Origin: Veleropilina oligotropha | Lineage: Eukaryota | Reading direction: 5' to 3' | DNA: 64,000 nucleotides | NCBI GenBank assembly: GCA_048128005.1 | Contig: JBEUKZ010000080.1 | Location: forward strand, 124,001 to 188,000 | Shown here: piece after piece, positions 24,085 to 38,700 of the stretch | How the letters are laid out: each line of letters opens with the position of its first letter | Numbering within the stretch: the stretch's first letter is position 1 | Translations under genes and position numbers: made by a program | Notes under the pieces: model-generated | Seen by the model: the letters and a program-made list of their open reading frames with translations, nothing else | Database searches by the model: none | Told to the model about the DNA's origin: nothing

Positions 24085-27000
24085 TAGACTGTTACATTAG
24101 ACGTTACATTAGACTGTTAGATTAGACCGTTAGATTAGATCGTTACATTAGACCGTTACATTAGACCGTTACATTAGACCGTTACATTATACCATTACAT
24201 TAGACCGTTACATTAGACAGTTACATTAGACCGTTACATTAGACTGTTACATTAGACCGTTACATTAGACCGTTACATTAGACAGTTACATTAGACCATT
24301 ACATTAGACTGTTACATTACACCGTTACATTAGACCGTTACATTAGACCGTTACATTAGACCATTACATTAGACTGTTACATTAGACTGTTACATTAGAC
24401 TGTTACATTAGACTGTTACATTAGACCATTACATTAGACAATTACATTAGACTGTTACATTAGAGCGTTACATTAGACCGTTACATTAGACCGTTACATT
24501 AGACCGATACATTAGACCATTACATTAGACCGTTACATTATACCGTTACATTAGACCATTACATTAGACAGTTACATTAGACTGTTACATTAGACTGTAA
24601 CATTAGACAGTTGCATTAGACCGTTACATTACTCTGTTACCATAGACTGTTACATTAGACAGTTACATTAGACCGTTACATTAGACCGTTACATTAGACA
24701 GTTACATTAGACTGTTACATTAGACTGTTACCTTAGACTGTTACATTAGACTGTTTCATTAGACTTTTCACCAAACACCATTATTATTCGCTGTTACATT
24801 AGACTGATCACCAAACACCATTATTATTCGCTGTTACATTAGACTGTTCCCCAAACACCATTATTATTCGCTGTTACATTAGACTGTTCACCAAACAACA
24901 TTATTATTCGCTGTTACATTAAACTGTTCACCAAACACCATTATTATTCGCTGTTACATTAGTCTGGTCACCAAACACCATTATTATTAGCTGTTAATTA
25001 GTCTGTTACATTAGACTGTTATATTAGACTGTTACATTAGACTGTTCACCAAACACCATTATTATTCGCTGTTACATTAGACTGTTCACCAAACACCATT
25101 ATTATTCGCTGTTACATTAAACTGGTCACCAAACACCATTTTTATTCGCTGTTATATTAGAGTGTTCACCAAACACCATTATTATTCGCTGTTACATTAG
25201 ACTGGTCACCAAACACCATTATTATTCGCTGTTATATTAGACTGTTCACCAAACACCATTATTATTCGCTGTTACATTAGACTGGTCATCAAACACCATT
25301 ATTATTATCTGTTACATTCGACTGGTCACCAAACACCATTATTATTCGCTGTTACATTAGACTGTTACATTAGACCGTTACTTTAGACTGTTACATTCGA
25401 CTGGTCACCAAACACCATTATTATTCGCTGTTACATTAGACTGCTACATTAGACTGTTACATTAGACCGTTACATTAGACCGTTACATTGGACTGTTACA
25501 TTAGACAGTTACATTAGACCGTTACATTAGACCATTACATTAGACTGTTACATTAGACCATTACATTAGACTGTTACATTAGACTGTTACATTAGACTGT
25601 TACATTAGACTGTTACATTAGACCGTTACATTAGACTGTTACATTAGACCATTACATTAGACCATTACATTACACTGTTACATTAGACCCTTACATTAGA
25701 CCGTTACATTAAACTGTTACATTACACCGTTACATTAGACCGTTACATTAGACTGTTACATTAGACCGTTACATTAGACCGTTACATTAGACTTTTACAT
25801 TAGACAGTTACATTAGACCATTACATTAGACTGTTACATTAGACCGTTACATTAGACTGTTACATTAGACTGTTACATTAGACTGTTACATTAGACCATT
25901 ACATTAGACTGTTACATTAGATTGTTACATTAGACCGTTACATTAGACCATTACATTAGACTGTTACATTAGACTGCTACATTAGACCGTTACATTAGAC
26001 CATTACATTAGACTGTTACATTAGACTGTTACATTAGACCATTACATTAGACCGTTACATTAGACTGTTACATTAGACTGTTACATTAGACCGTTACATT
26101 AGACTGTTACATTAGACTGGTCACCAAACACCATTATTATTAGCTGTTACATTCGGCTGGTCACCAAACACCATTATTATTCGCTGTTACATTAGACCAT
26201 TACATTACACTGTTACATTAGACTGTTACATTAGACTTACATTAGACTGTTACAATATACTGTTACATTAGACCGTTACATTAGACTGTTACATTAGACT
26301 GTTACATTAGACTGTTATATTAGACTGGTCACCAAACACCATTATTATTAGCTGTTACATTCGACTGGTCACCAAACACCATTATTATTCGCTATTACAT
26401 TAGACTGTTACATTAGACCGTTACATTAGACCGTTACATTAGACTGTTACATTAGACTGTTACATTAGACTGTTACATTATACTGTTACATTAGACCGTT
26501 ACATTAGACTGTTACATTAGATTGTTCACCAAACACCATTATTATTCGCTGTTACATTAGACTGGTCACCAAACACCATTATTATTAGCTGTTACATTTG
26601 ACTGGTCACCAAACACTATTATTATTCGCTGTTACATTAGACTGTTACATTAGACCGTTACATTACACCGTTACATTAGACCGTTACATTAGACTGTTAC
26701 ATTAGACCGTTACATTAGACTGTTACATTAGATTGTTCACCAAACACCATTATTATTAGCTGTTACATTAAACTGTTACATTAGACTGTTTACCAAACAC
26801 CATTATTATTTGCTGTTACATTAGACTGGTCACCAAACACGATTATTATTTGCTGTTACATTAGACTGGTCACCAAACACCATTATTATTCGCTGTTACA
26901 TTAGACTGGTCACCAAACACCATTATTATTAGCTGTTACATTCGACTGGTCACCAAACACCATTATTATTCGCTGTTACATTAGACTGTTCACCAAACAC

Positions 27001-29918
27001 CATTATTATTCGCTGTTACATTAGACTGTTACATTAGACTGGTCACCAAACACCATTATTATTCACTGTTACATTAAACTGTTCACCAAACACCATTATT
27101 ATTCGCTGTTACATTAGACTGTTACATTAGACTGGTCACCAAACACCATTATTATTCACTGTTACATTAAACTGGTCACCAAACACCATTATTATTCACT
27201 GTTACATTAAACTGGTCACCAAACACCATTATTATTAGCTGTTACATTCGACTGGTCACCAAACACCATTATTATTCGCTGTTACATTAGACTGTTCACC
27301 AAACACCATTATTATTCACTGTTACATTAGACTGGTCACCAAACACCATTATTATTAGCTGTTACATTTGACTGGTCACCAAACACTATTATTATTCGCT
27401 GTTACATTAGACTGTTACATTAGACCGTTACATTAGACCGTTACATTAGACTGTTACATTAGACCGTTACATTAGACTGTTACATTAGATTGTTCACCAA
27501 ACACCATTTTTATTAGCTGTTACATTACACCGTTACATTAGACCGCTACATTAGACTGTTACATTAGACTGTTACATTAGACTGTTATATTAGACTGGTC
27601 ACCAAACACCATTATTATTAGCTGTTACATTCGACTGGTCACCAAACACCATTATTATTCGCTATTACATTAGACTGTTACATTAGACCGTTACATTAGA
27701 CCGTTACATTAGACTGTTACATTAGACTGTTACATTATACTGTTACATTAGACCGTTACATTAGACTGTTACATTAGATTGTTCACCAAACACCATTATT
27801 ATTCGCTGTTACATTAGACTGGTCACCAAACACCATTATTATTAGCTGTTACATTTGACTGGTCACCAAACACTATTATTATTCGCTGTTACATTAGACT
27901 GTTACATTAGACCGTTACATTACACCGTTACATTAGACCGTTACATTAGACTGTTACATTAGACCGTTACATTAGACTGTTACATTAGACCGTTACATTA
28001 GACTGTTACATTAGACCGTTACATTAGACTGTTACATTAGATTGTTCACCAAACACCATTTTTATTAGCTGTTACATTACACCGTTACATTAGACCGTTA
28101 CATTAGACTGTTACATTAGACCGTTACATTAGACCGTTACATTAGACTTTTACATTAGACAGTTACATTAGACCATTACATTAGACTGTTACATTAGACC
28201 GTTACATTAGACTGTTACATTAGACTGTTACATTAGACTGTTACATTAGACCATTACATTAGACTGTTACATTAGATTGTTACATTAGACCGTTACATTA
28301 GACCATTACATTAGACTGCTACATTAGACCGTTACATTAGACCATTACATTAGACTGTTACATTAGACTGTTACATTATACCATTACATTAGACCGTTAC
28401 ATTAGACTGTTACATTAGACTGTTACATTAGACCGTTACATTAGACTGTTACATTAGACTGGTCACCAAACACCATTATTATTAGCTGTTACATTCGGCT
28501 GGTCACCAAACACCATTATTATTCGCTGTTACATTAGACCATTACATTACACTGTTACATTAGACTGTTACATTAGACTTACATTAGACTGTTACAATAT
28601 ACTGTTACATTAGACCGTTACATTAGACTGTTACATTAGACTGGTCACCAAACACCATTATTATTAGCTGTTACATTCGACTGGTCACCAAACACCATTA
28701 TTATTCGCTGTTACATTAGACTGTTACATTAGACCGTTACATTAGACCGTTACATTAGACTGTTACATTAGACTGTTACATTAGACTGTTACATTATACT
28801 GTTACATTAGACCGTTACATTAGACTGTTACATTAGATTGTTCACCAAACACCATTATTATTAGCTGTTACATTCGACTGGTCACCAAACACCATTATTA
28901 TTCACTGTTACATTAAACTGGTCACCAAACACCATTATTATTAGCTGTTACATTTGACTGGTCACCAAACACTATTATTATTCGCTGTTACATTAGACTG
29001 TTACATTAGACCGTTACATTACACCGTTACATTAGACCGTTACATTAGACTGTTACATTAGACGGTTACATTAGACTGTTACATTAGATTGTTCACCAAA
29101 CACCATTATTATTAGCTGTTACATTAAACTGTTAACTTACACTGTTTACCAAACACCATTATTATTTGCTGTTACATTAGACTGGTCACCAAACACGATT
29201 ATTATTTGCTGTTACATTAGACTGGTCACCAAACACCATTATTATTCGCTGTTACATTAGACTGGTCACCAAACACTATTATTATTAGCTGTTACATTCG
29301 ACTGGTCACCAAACACCATTATTATTCGCTGTTACATTAGACTGTTCACCAAACACCATTATTATTCGCTGTTACATTAGACTGGTCACCAAACACCATT
29401 ATTATTCACTGCTACATTAAACTGGTCACCAAACACCATTATTATTCGCTGTTACATTAGACTGTTACATTAGACTGGTCACCAAACACCATTATTATTC
29501 AATGTTACATTAAACTGGTCACCAAACACCATTATTTTTCACTGTTACATTAAACTGGTCACCAAACACCATTATTATTAGCTGTTACATTCGACTGGTC
29601 ACCAAACACCATTATTATTCGCTGTTACATTAAACTGTTACATTAGACTGTTTACAAACACCATTATTATTTGCTGTTACATTAAACTGTTACATTAGAC
29701 TGGTCACCAAACACCATTATTATTCACTGTTACATTAAACTGTTACATTAGACTGTTTACCAAACACCATTATTATTCACTGTTACATTAAACTGTTACA
29801 TTAGACTGGTCACCAAACACCATTATTATTCACTGTTACATTAAACTGTTACATTAGACTGTTTACCAAACACCATTATTATTAAACTGTTACATTAAAC
29901 TGGTCACCAAACACCATT
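24085..29918. repeat. Compound satellite of 13-bp (ACTGTTACATTAG) and 40-bp (ACTGGTCACCAAACACCATTATTATTCGCTGTTACATTAG) units
   Basis: Interleaved runs of both units across about 5.8 kb. Confidence 0.97.
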
Positions 29919-30253
29919 TCTTCCATTATTCCTTACCAAGGATGAACAATAATAACAATTTAGATCAGATCAGAACCTTACATTCATCTGTTATGATCCT
30001 GTATTACACCACCACGGCAGCCAAGTCGGTAAGGCTATGACTTCGTTGCATGCATGGCGTTATAAATAACTGATCGATGTAGCATGTCAATTTCATTGGA
30101 GCACAATAAACAAATGTAGTTGATTAGTCAGAAATTAAATGTATTTTTATGGGTTAATAATTGACAACCTACCACCATATACAAGAACTTTTGTGATTGG
30201 TTGTATCCACATCACAGAATTGTGATGCGGCCAATAGTATTACATAATTAATT

Positions 30254-31790
30254 AAAGCTGCGAGCAGCTGTGAGGTCTTCAATCAGATAAACGAAATAAA
30301 AAAAGACGTAAAATAAAAAAAAATAAAAAGTTTAATTTAAAAACGAAACAAAAAAATTATAAAAAAATACTAAATTTAAAAAAATAATTTTTATATTTTA
30401 AGATATACATATGGCCACTCTGAATCGAATGCCGCCAATCTTAGATTTCTATGCCGAAAGTGCTAGGGGGGCCGGAAAATTTTGAAACCTAGATGCTATG
30501 AAATCTATTATCTTAACCTATGATGGAAATTAAGAAGTATCTATAATAATGAATGCGCAACTGGACTGACCAACAGAATATCAATGTTTTCACCATATAT
30601 TAACAGTTAATGAATCATGTAGCCTTCTGTTGGCTAAATGTTTACTTAAGCCTGATAGCAGAACTTCTCAAGGGCCTTGCTGTCCACTGGACAGGGTTGC
30701 CGCGCGGCTTTATGACACCTCAAAGAGACAGGCTCATAAACTGCCTACTTCATCTGATAAGGCAATTAGCACTGAGCTGGTCGCGCCGAAATGAGACGAG
30801 GAATTAAAATAGTATTTTTTAAACAATGAAAGTACTTATTGTATTCTTGTCACAATTCTCTAATATAACGATCTTTATATAGTATATTTTATGCGAAAAT
30901 CTGGAAGAAAAAGGACGATTTTTAGAGGCGCTATGAAGCAATATTCATCTAAAAAAACTAAGTCTAATAACTCTCAAGCAACTCATTTTAGCGATGTATT
31001 CTATAGATATTACATTAGATATTTTCGATACGAATAAAATGAATTGCGTCACGTTTCATATAAATGAAAATTAAAGAAGTTACAGTCAATTTAATATTAA
31101 ATTTAATGTCTTCATAACTCCTTTTTAATTTGTCTCACAAAGTATTCCATTAGAACAACATATACCGATATAATGCTTTGTCAAAACTACCAAGTGTCGA
31201 TAAGATCACGCTACTCAGTTCTGAGAAAAGCGCATTTTAATGTTTTCAAAAAATCAAAGATTGCGACGAAACCATGGCATTTATTGGCTAAAATTTTGCG
31301 GCAAACATTACTTGATATCGATGCGCACTCACCCTGGAAGATTGGAAAGATTTCGTGGAGTGCATTGAAAGATACTGCAGAAATGAAAAATTGAAAAAAC
31401 TTCAAAATTTTGTCAAGATTAGGACGCCCGTAGCGATCTTAGCATTGAAAAAATGAAAATTTCATTTCCAAGAGATTGTTGTCTCAATAGTCTAGATCAT
31501 GCCTTTGAAGATTTTGTCTCGATCTCGAAAGCCGTGTAAGACTTATATCGTTTTTGAAAAGAGGTCATATTTTTTTACAAAATTGAAGATTACGACCAAA
31601 GCATAAAATCCCGAAACTTGAAAATAGAACGAGGCAATGCTTCAATGATGTGCCCAAGCACACATGAATTTTGAAAGCTGTAGCTATAGCCGTTTTTGCG
31701 CTAAAGTGCCCACAAAAAAACGTCAGAATAAGAATAATAACCGGTACAATTTCAATAGGGCTTCAAGCTTGAAAGAGCTTGAAGCCCTAA
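30254..31790 (+). mobile_element. Probable non-autonomous Helentron/HINE-like element
   Basis: Starts AAAGCTGCGAGCAGC after TT. Ends with a short AGAATA microsatellite and a 14-bp hairpin TAGGGCTTCAAGCT-tgaaag-AGCTTGAAGCCCTA (31756-31789). Confidence 0.55.
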
Positions 31791-32329
31791 TTATTCGTGA
31801 ACAATAATCTTTTGATGTGGGTCAACCCACTGTATGGGATGGAGAGACGACACGAGACCACAAGCGGTTTGTTGATGATGACAACCTAAGGTGGCTGGGT
31901 TCTTCTGCGCCAATATCATTGTATTGTATTACAGTTAAGGGAGATAACCTCTGTCTAAGCCTGCGCGCTTGGTCCAGCTCTACTCCCAGTTAAGGGAGAT
32001 AAGCTCTGTCTAAGCCTGCGCGCTTGGAGCTCTACTCCCAGTTAAGGGAGATAACCTCTGTCTAAGTCTACTCCCAGTTAAGGGAGATAACCTCTGTCTA
32101 AGCCTGCGCGCTTGGAGCTCTACTCCCAGTTAAGGGAGATAACCTCATTCTAAGCCTGCACGCTTGGAGCTCTACTCCCAGTTAAGGGAGATAACCTCTG
32201 TCTAAGCCTGCGCGCTTGGAGCTCTACTCCCAGGACGCTCTTCTATCTTTGTCTCGGCGCCATTAAAAACGTGTTAGTAACGTGCATCATCTTTTGGTTG
32301 TTTCGTCGATGTGTATAACTCCAACTTAA

Positions 32330-32609
32330 ACCATTTTTATGACGTCATCCTATTGTCTTGGCCCGTGGTCTAGCAGGCCATATTGTAATTTAGACCACGG
32401 GGGACTACTTTCTTACACTAAAAATGGGTGTATCAGGTTATTAAAATCACATATTTTAAATTATTTTACACTTCTGCAATGGTTTAAGCGGTTATATCAC
32501 TCGGTTCGGAAAAGCCCGTGCAGTTAATCAACTCGGTGCTTCGCGCCTCGTTGATTAAATGCAGGCTTTTCCGATTAGACAACCAAACCTCATGGTATAA
32601 CCTCTACTT
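32330..32609. mobile_element. ~280-bp insertion between the 5' LTR and PBS (non-autonomous element, family uncertain)
   Basis: Absent after the 3' LTR. Bounded by similar GTATAAC(T/C)(C/T)C(A/T)ACTTAA motifs; internal hairpin TTAATCAAC..cttcg..GTTGATTAA. Confidence 0.5.
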
Positions 32610-32728
32610 AACTGGCGTGGTGGAAGCGCCGATTCGAAAACATGCATGGCAAGTATTTAACACTACCGACGATATCCATATACAGAAGCAATTAATCCAG
32701 GTAAATAAATCTGGGCAACTTTAACGAA

Positions 32729-35700
32729 ATGGCACATATACATCGGGCACCAAAGCAATGGTGCCTTAGTCGAACCGAGACATTTAACTCCTTTGAAAAC
32801 TGGAGACAAAACCTACAGTATACATTGTCTTTAGACGCAAATTTTGCCCACTTTTTACGCGATGGGGTTAAATGGAACAAAAAGTCCAAATCATTACCCC
32901 TTCGTGGTTTTAATGATGATGGGGAAGACATTCCTTCGGCTAAACGCCTCACAGCCATACAAAAACTAACCATGCTAGAACTTATGCTCAGACAAATCGC
33001 CAATTATTGCTCGATGTACAATTGTCAAAAACTCAACTTCCATTGATGAAATTTGGCAGGTAATCAGATTGCACTATGGTTTTCAGTCGACAGGTTCCCA
33101 TTTCATTGATTTTTCGGATATCCACCTCGGTCCAGATGAACGTCCCGAGGACTTGTACCAACGTTTAATGGCTTTCGTTGAAGACAATCTCTTACAACGC
33201 GAATGCGGCATCACACATCATGGCGAAACTATGACTGATGAAGAACTGTCCCCATCATTCAAAAACTTCATTGTCCTAACTTGGCTGCAACTTATACATA
33301 ATGATTTACCCATTAGTAAGTTAGGAAAACAACGTTACGGAACTGAACTTCGCTCTCGCACATTAGCCTCTATCAAACCTGAACTTTCACACGCGTTATC
33401 ATCTCTATTGGATGAGATTCACTCATCTGAAGATGCTAAAGTAATGCGCACAGCAACATCACAGTACCGTAGCTTCAGAAAAGCACCCACCTCAGATACC
33501 AAAACAATGTCAAAACGACACCGCTTTAAGAAGCAGAGTAAAACATGCCACCTGTGCAAACAATCTAACCGCCCGAATGTACATCATTACCTTAGCAAAT
33601 GCGAATACTTGCCCATCGAAGTTTATGATGAAAGAACGCCAAGTTTCCAAAATCGTTGACGAATTGGATAATAACTCATCCGACGAGTCGTGTTCCTCAT
33701 TCAATGAACAATATGACCCCTAGAATCTAGAAAATACATCTGCGCTTAGATTTCAAGTACGACAATCCCCATACATAGATACATTTTACGGTCACCACAC
33801 TGCCCGCATTACTATCGACAGTGGTGCTACGGGAAACATGATTCGTTCATCAACCGCTAAAAGGCTAGGCATTCACATTACTAAAATCTCCCAATCTGCA
33901 CACCAAGCTGATGGGTCCTCCCCACTCAAGGTCATCGGGGAAAGCCATATTGTTTTCGACAGAGTTAATAAAGAATTCATGAAGGCCTTGTAGTCGAAAT
34001 TCTCAGGAAAGCAAATGACATTGCAGTCCGACCCGCTAAACACCAAGTCATAATAGGAGACAACTCAATTTATAAATATGGATCTCTAGAGAGTAAACTC
34101 AACGAAGATTCGGTGCGACGGGCATCAGTTTTACGAGCCCCGAGTTGTACCACTATCTGGCCTGGAGATTTTTTTGAAATCGATCTCCCAGATGACATCC
34201 CTGATACAGATACTACCTTCGCGCTCGAACCTCGGGTCAATACACACCAGGTACAGATTAAACAGTCAGAAATTTGGCCAGCACCGGATATATACTCCAA
34301 CGTCGGAAGGAAAATTCGCATACCGAATCTCACAAATATCCCGCGAACGGTTAAACTGTTAAACGACATGAGCATTTTGGTCAGATTCTCAAAGCATCTA
34401 AAGCTTCGAGACTATACTGATCCATATGACTCAACCAGAAAAACATACTGCTCACAAAACTCTTAAAAGCGGAATCCATGAATATTCTAAATCTGTTTGC
34501 CTGGACCCGGACAACAATTTACCACAGAAATTAAAAGAAAGTTTCAGTCTCTCTTGCAAGAATATGATGATGTGTTCAACCCACAAATTAAAGTCAACAA
34601 CGGTACATCTGGTCCATTCAAGGCACAAATAAACATGGGCCCTGTTCAACCACCACAGCGAAAGGGCCGTGTACCACAATACTCTCGTGACAAATTAGTT
34701 GAATTATAAGAGAAGTTTATTGAGTTGGAGAAATTAGGAGTTTTGCTAAGTCCTGATGATGCCGATGTATCCGTTGAGTATGTTAACCCATCCTTCTTAA
34801 TAAAAAAGCCAAGGGTGGACACCGGTTAGTCACTGCATTCGCTGACGTAGGCAGATACAGCAAACCCCAGCCGTCACTCATGCCAGATGTAGATTCCACA
34901 TTATGCCAAATAGCATGATGGAAACACATTATTACCACTGATCTATCAAATGCATTCTATTAAATCCCCCTTGACAAACAGTCTATGAAATATTGCGGAG
35001 TCTCTACACCTTTTAAAGGTCTTCGTGTTTACGCTCGATCCGCAATGGGAATGCCAGGATCAGAAACTGCTCTTGAAGAATTGATGTGCAGGATACTCGG
35101 CAACCTCATGCAAGAAGGTGTTGTTGCCAAACTGGCAGATGACCTTTACTACGGCAGTGACACTTTATAAAACCTCCTGCACACATTAGAGCGAGTGTTA
35201 AAGGTCCTACATGACAACAGCATTGGTCTTTCAGCACCAAAGACGGTAATATGTCCTTCGTCAACCACGATCCTAGGCTGGATTTGGCAAGAAGGTATGA
35301 TTCATGCTAACCCACATCGTATCGCAGCCTTATCTACATGTTTGGAACCTACAACAGTAAAGGGACTTCGATCTTTCATCGGAGCGTACAAGGTATGATT
35401 CATGCTAACCCACATCGTATCGCGTAATACCCAATTGTGCCTACATACTCGCTCCATTAGAAGACAGCCTAGCAAGCAAACAGTCTGCAGACAAGATTTT
35501 GTGGACAGATACCCTGCTACAAGCTTTCCAAACAGCACAAAAGTGTCTATCATCGAATCAGGACATCATTCTCCCTCAACCAGACGATCAGTTGTGGATC
35601 GTAACCGATGGACCCACAAAGAATCCAGCGATTGGAGCAACCCTATACGTTACTCATAAATCAATAACCTACCGCCAGGCTGGTTTCTTCAGTGCAAAAT

Positions 35701-38700
35701 AACAAAATCGACAAATCACATGGTTACTGGTCATGTGAAATCGAAGCTCTCTCCATCGCAGTCGCTACCAAACATTTTGGTCCGAACATTATCCAATCGA
35801 AGTTAAAGCCCAACATCCTCACGGACAGCAAACCATGCGTACATGCTTATGGAAAATGTGTAGAGGAACCTTTGCGGCAAGTCCACGCGTTTCTACTTTC
35901 TTAACAATCGTCAGTCGTTTCCAAGATAATGTCGTTCATTTGGCAGGATCAGCCAATGTTCTTTCTGACTTTGCAAGTCAAAATGCCCCAGAATGTGATA
36001 CCCCGAGTTGCCAAATATGCTCATTCATTAGTCAAACAGAGGATTCTGTCGTTCGCCAAGTCAACATTGGCGATATCCTGAAAGGGGATGCCAAGCTCCC
36101 ATTCACTAGCAGATCAGCATGGAAGGCCATCCAGTTTGAATGCCCCGACCTGAGATGCACCCATGTCTATCTTATCCAAGGAACACGCCCATCAAAGAAA
36201 CTAACAAATGTCAAAGACATTAAGCGTTATCTCAATGCAGTTACAATTTCCAAAGATACAGAGCCCTTCATCGCCACCCGGGAACGTATCGTTGTTCCTC
36301 GCCAAATCTTAGATGGGCTACTCACAGCGTTACATATCAAGTTATGTCATCGGTCATGCAATCAACTGAAGCAAGTGAGTCATCGCTACTTTTTTACTCT
36401 GGATATGGATAATTCAATCACACGTGTCTCGTCGACTTGTCACCACTGTGCTTTGCTCCAAAAAGTACCAAACACTGTTGTGCAGCAATCCACAGTAGAA
36501 CCACCTGAGTGTGTTGGCGTGTCCTTCGCTGCCGACATATTGAAACGAAACCGTCAACTTATTTTCGTCCTTCGAGAATGACACTAGCTTGTTTGATCGA
36601 GAACGAACGCCATGGCATGATTCGTGACACCATCATACGTCTTTGTATCAAATTAAGACCTCTAGATGGTCCTATCGCTGTCATAAGGACAGATTACGCC
36701 AAAGGATTTTCGTCACTGTCGAACGGTAAAGTTCTTGCCAACCATAGACTTGCTATTGAACTTGGCACTTCCCACTATTTTTAGCGACTTCTTCGTTGAT
36801 AAAATAATCAAAATACGAAACACAATTTCGTTATCGCAAATGCAATCAACCACCGATGAAATCTATGAATCTTTAGATTTGAAACGTAATGACATTCAAC
36901 TCTTAACGTTTGAAGTTGCAACGAATGATGAAATTAGGTCGATCATTATGAGGTCATCATCATCTACGTGCCCACTCGACCCTCTACCATCATGGATGCT
37001 GAAAGCATGTTCAGATGAATTGTTGCCAATTTTGACGCGGCTTGTCAACATGTCATTATCCAATGCAGAAGTTCCAGAAAATTTCAAGAGCGCATTGGTA
37101 AAGCCCTTACTGAAAAAGGCCAATTTGGATCAAAACAATCTGAAAAATTATCGACCGGTTTCTAATCTAAGTTTTATTTCAAAACTTGTGGAACGTGTTG
37201 TAGCAATTCGATTAAATTCTCACTTGAAAAATCACATGCTTTTGGACAAATACCAATCAGCGTATCGCATGTTTCACTCCACAGAAACAGCCCTTTTAAA
37301 GGTTCAGAATGACATACTTCAATCTCTACATCATAAATCAATGGTTGCTCTCGTCTTGCTTGACCTGAGTGCAGCTTTCGATACAATTGACCACCAAATT
37401 CTGTTTAACCGCCTGAACGCCTACTTTGGAATCAAGCAATCAGCGCTAACATGGATCAAGTCATATCTACATGAGCGAAAACAAACGGTCGTCATAAACG
37501 GCATGAAATGTGACCCTGCCTCTCTCCCTTACGGTGTGCCACAAGGTTCCGTCTTAGGTCCGATTCTGTTTTCGATGTATGTCACACCCGTAGCAGAGAT
37601 TGCCTCCAAATATAATCTGTCCTATCATTTCTACGCAGATGACAGTCAAATATATGTTGCATTTGATCCCAAAGGCTCCTTCAAGGCAAGCCTAGACATA
37701 TTGGAGAGCTGTGTTTCAGAGATCAAACACTGGATGTGCACAAACATGCTGAAACTCAATGATGATAAAACTGAGTTTATTATATTTGGCTCAAGAAGTA
37801 ACATCACAAAGGTCCGAGATGTAAACCTACAAGTTGGTGAAACTGAAATAAACTCCAGCGAATTTGTAAGAAATTTGGGTGCTTACTTCGACAACACTAT
37901 GTCGATGGAAAAATTCGTCTCTGATAAAGTTAAATGCTCATTATTCTTTCTAAGAAACATCAGACGCATCCGTCGTTTTTTAACACCAGATGCAACGAAG
38001 CTTCTTGTGCATGCATATGTCATATCTCGCCTTGATTATTCCAACAGTTTACTTTTCGGAATAAACGCAAGCCTCATTAACAGATTGCAGCATGTTCAGA
38101 ATGCCGCAGCCAGGCTGATTTTACTTGCCCAGCCAAGGGACCATGCAACCCCGCTGCTATATAGCCTACACTGGCTCCCTGTTGAGAAACGGATTATCTT
38201 CAAAATTCTTACATTCGTTTACAATTCTCTTCAAGGAAAAGCGCCTGGATATATTATTGAACTTCTGGCTCAATATCGACCTATTAGAGCACTTAGGTCG
38301 CAGCAATTACAACAGTTGACAGAGAATAGAACAATGAATAAATATGGCGATAGAGCATTTATCAACAATGCCCCAAAACTCTGGAACAAACTCCCATCTA
38401 AAGTAAAGGAAAGCACATCTCAGACAAGTTTTCGGAAGACGTTGAAAACACACCTATTTGCTGATGTATATGCCAACCTGATCAAATCTCACTAACAATT
38501 CAGCTGACATCGTAATAGGAGGACAGTAATGACTGCTTCACATCTGTTCATTGTTATTGCTTATAGCATTCATCATATGTATCATTCAAAGTTGGTTGAA
38601 GTACGCAGGTGTGGCTTCACCTCTTTGTCTGATTGCGCTTGTAAAAAAAAGAAAATAATAATAAAATTGAAAATACTCAACAAAAAAATATTCTGTTTAT

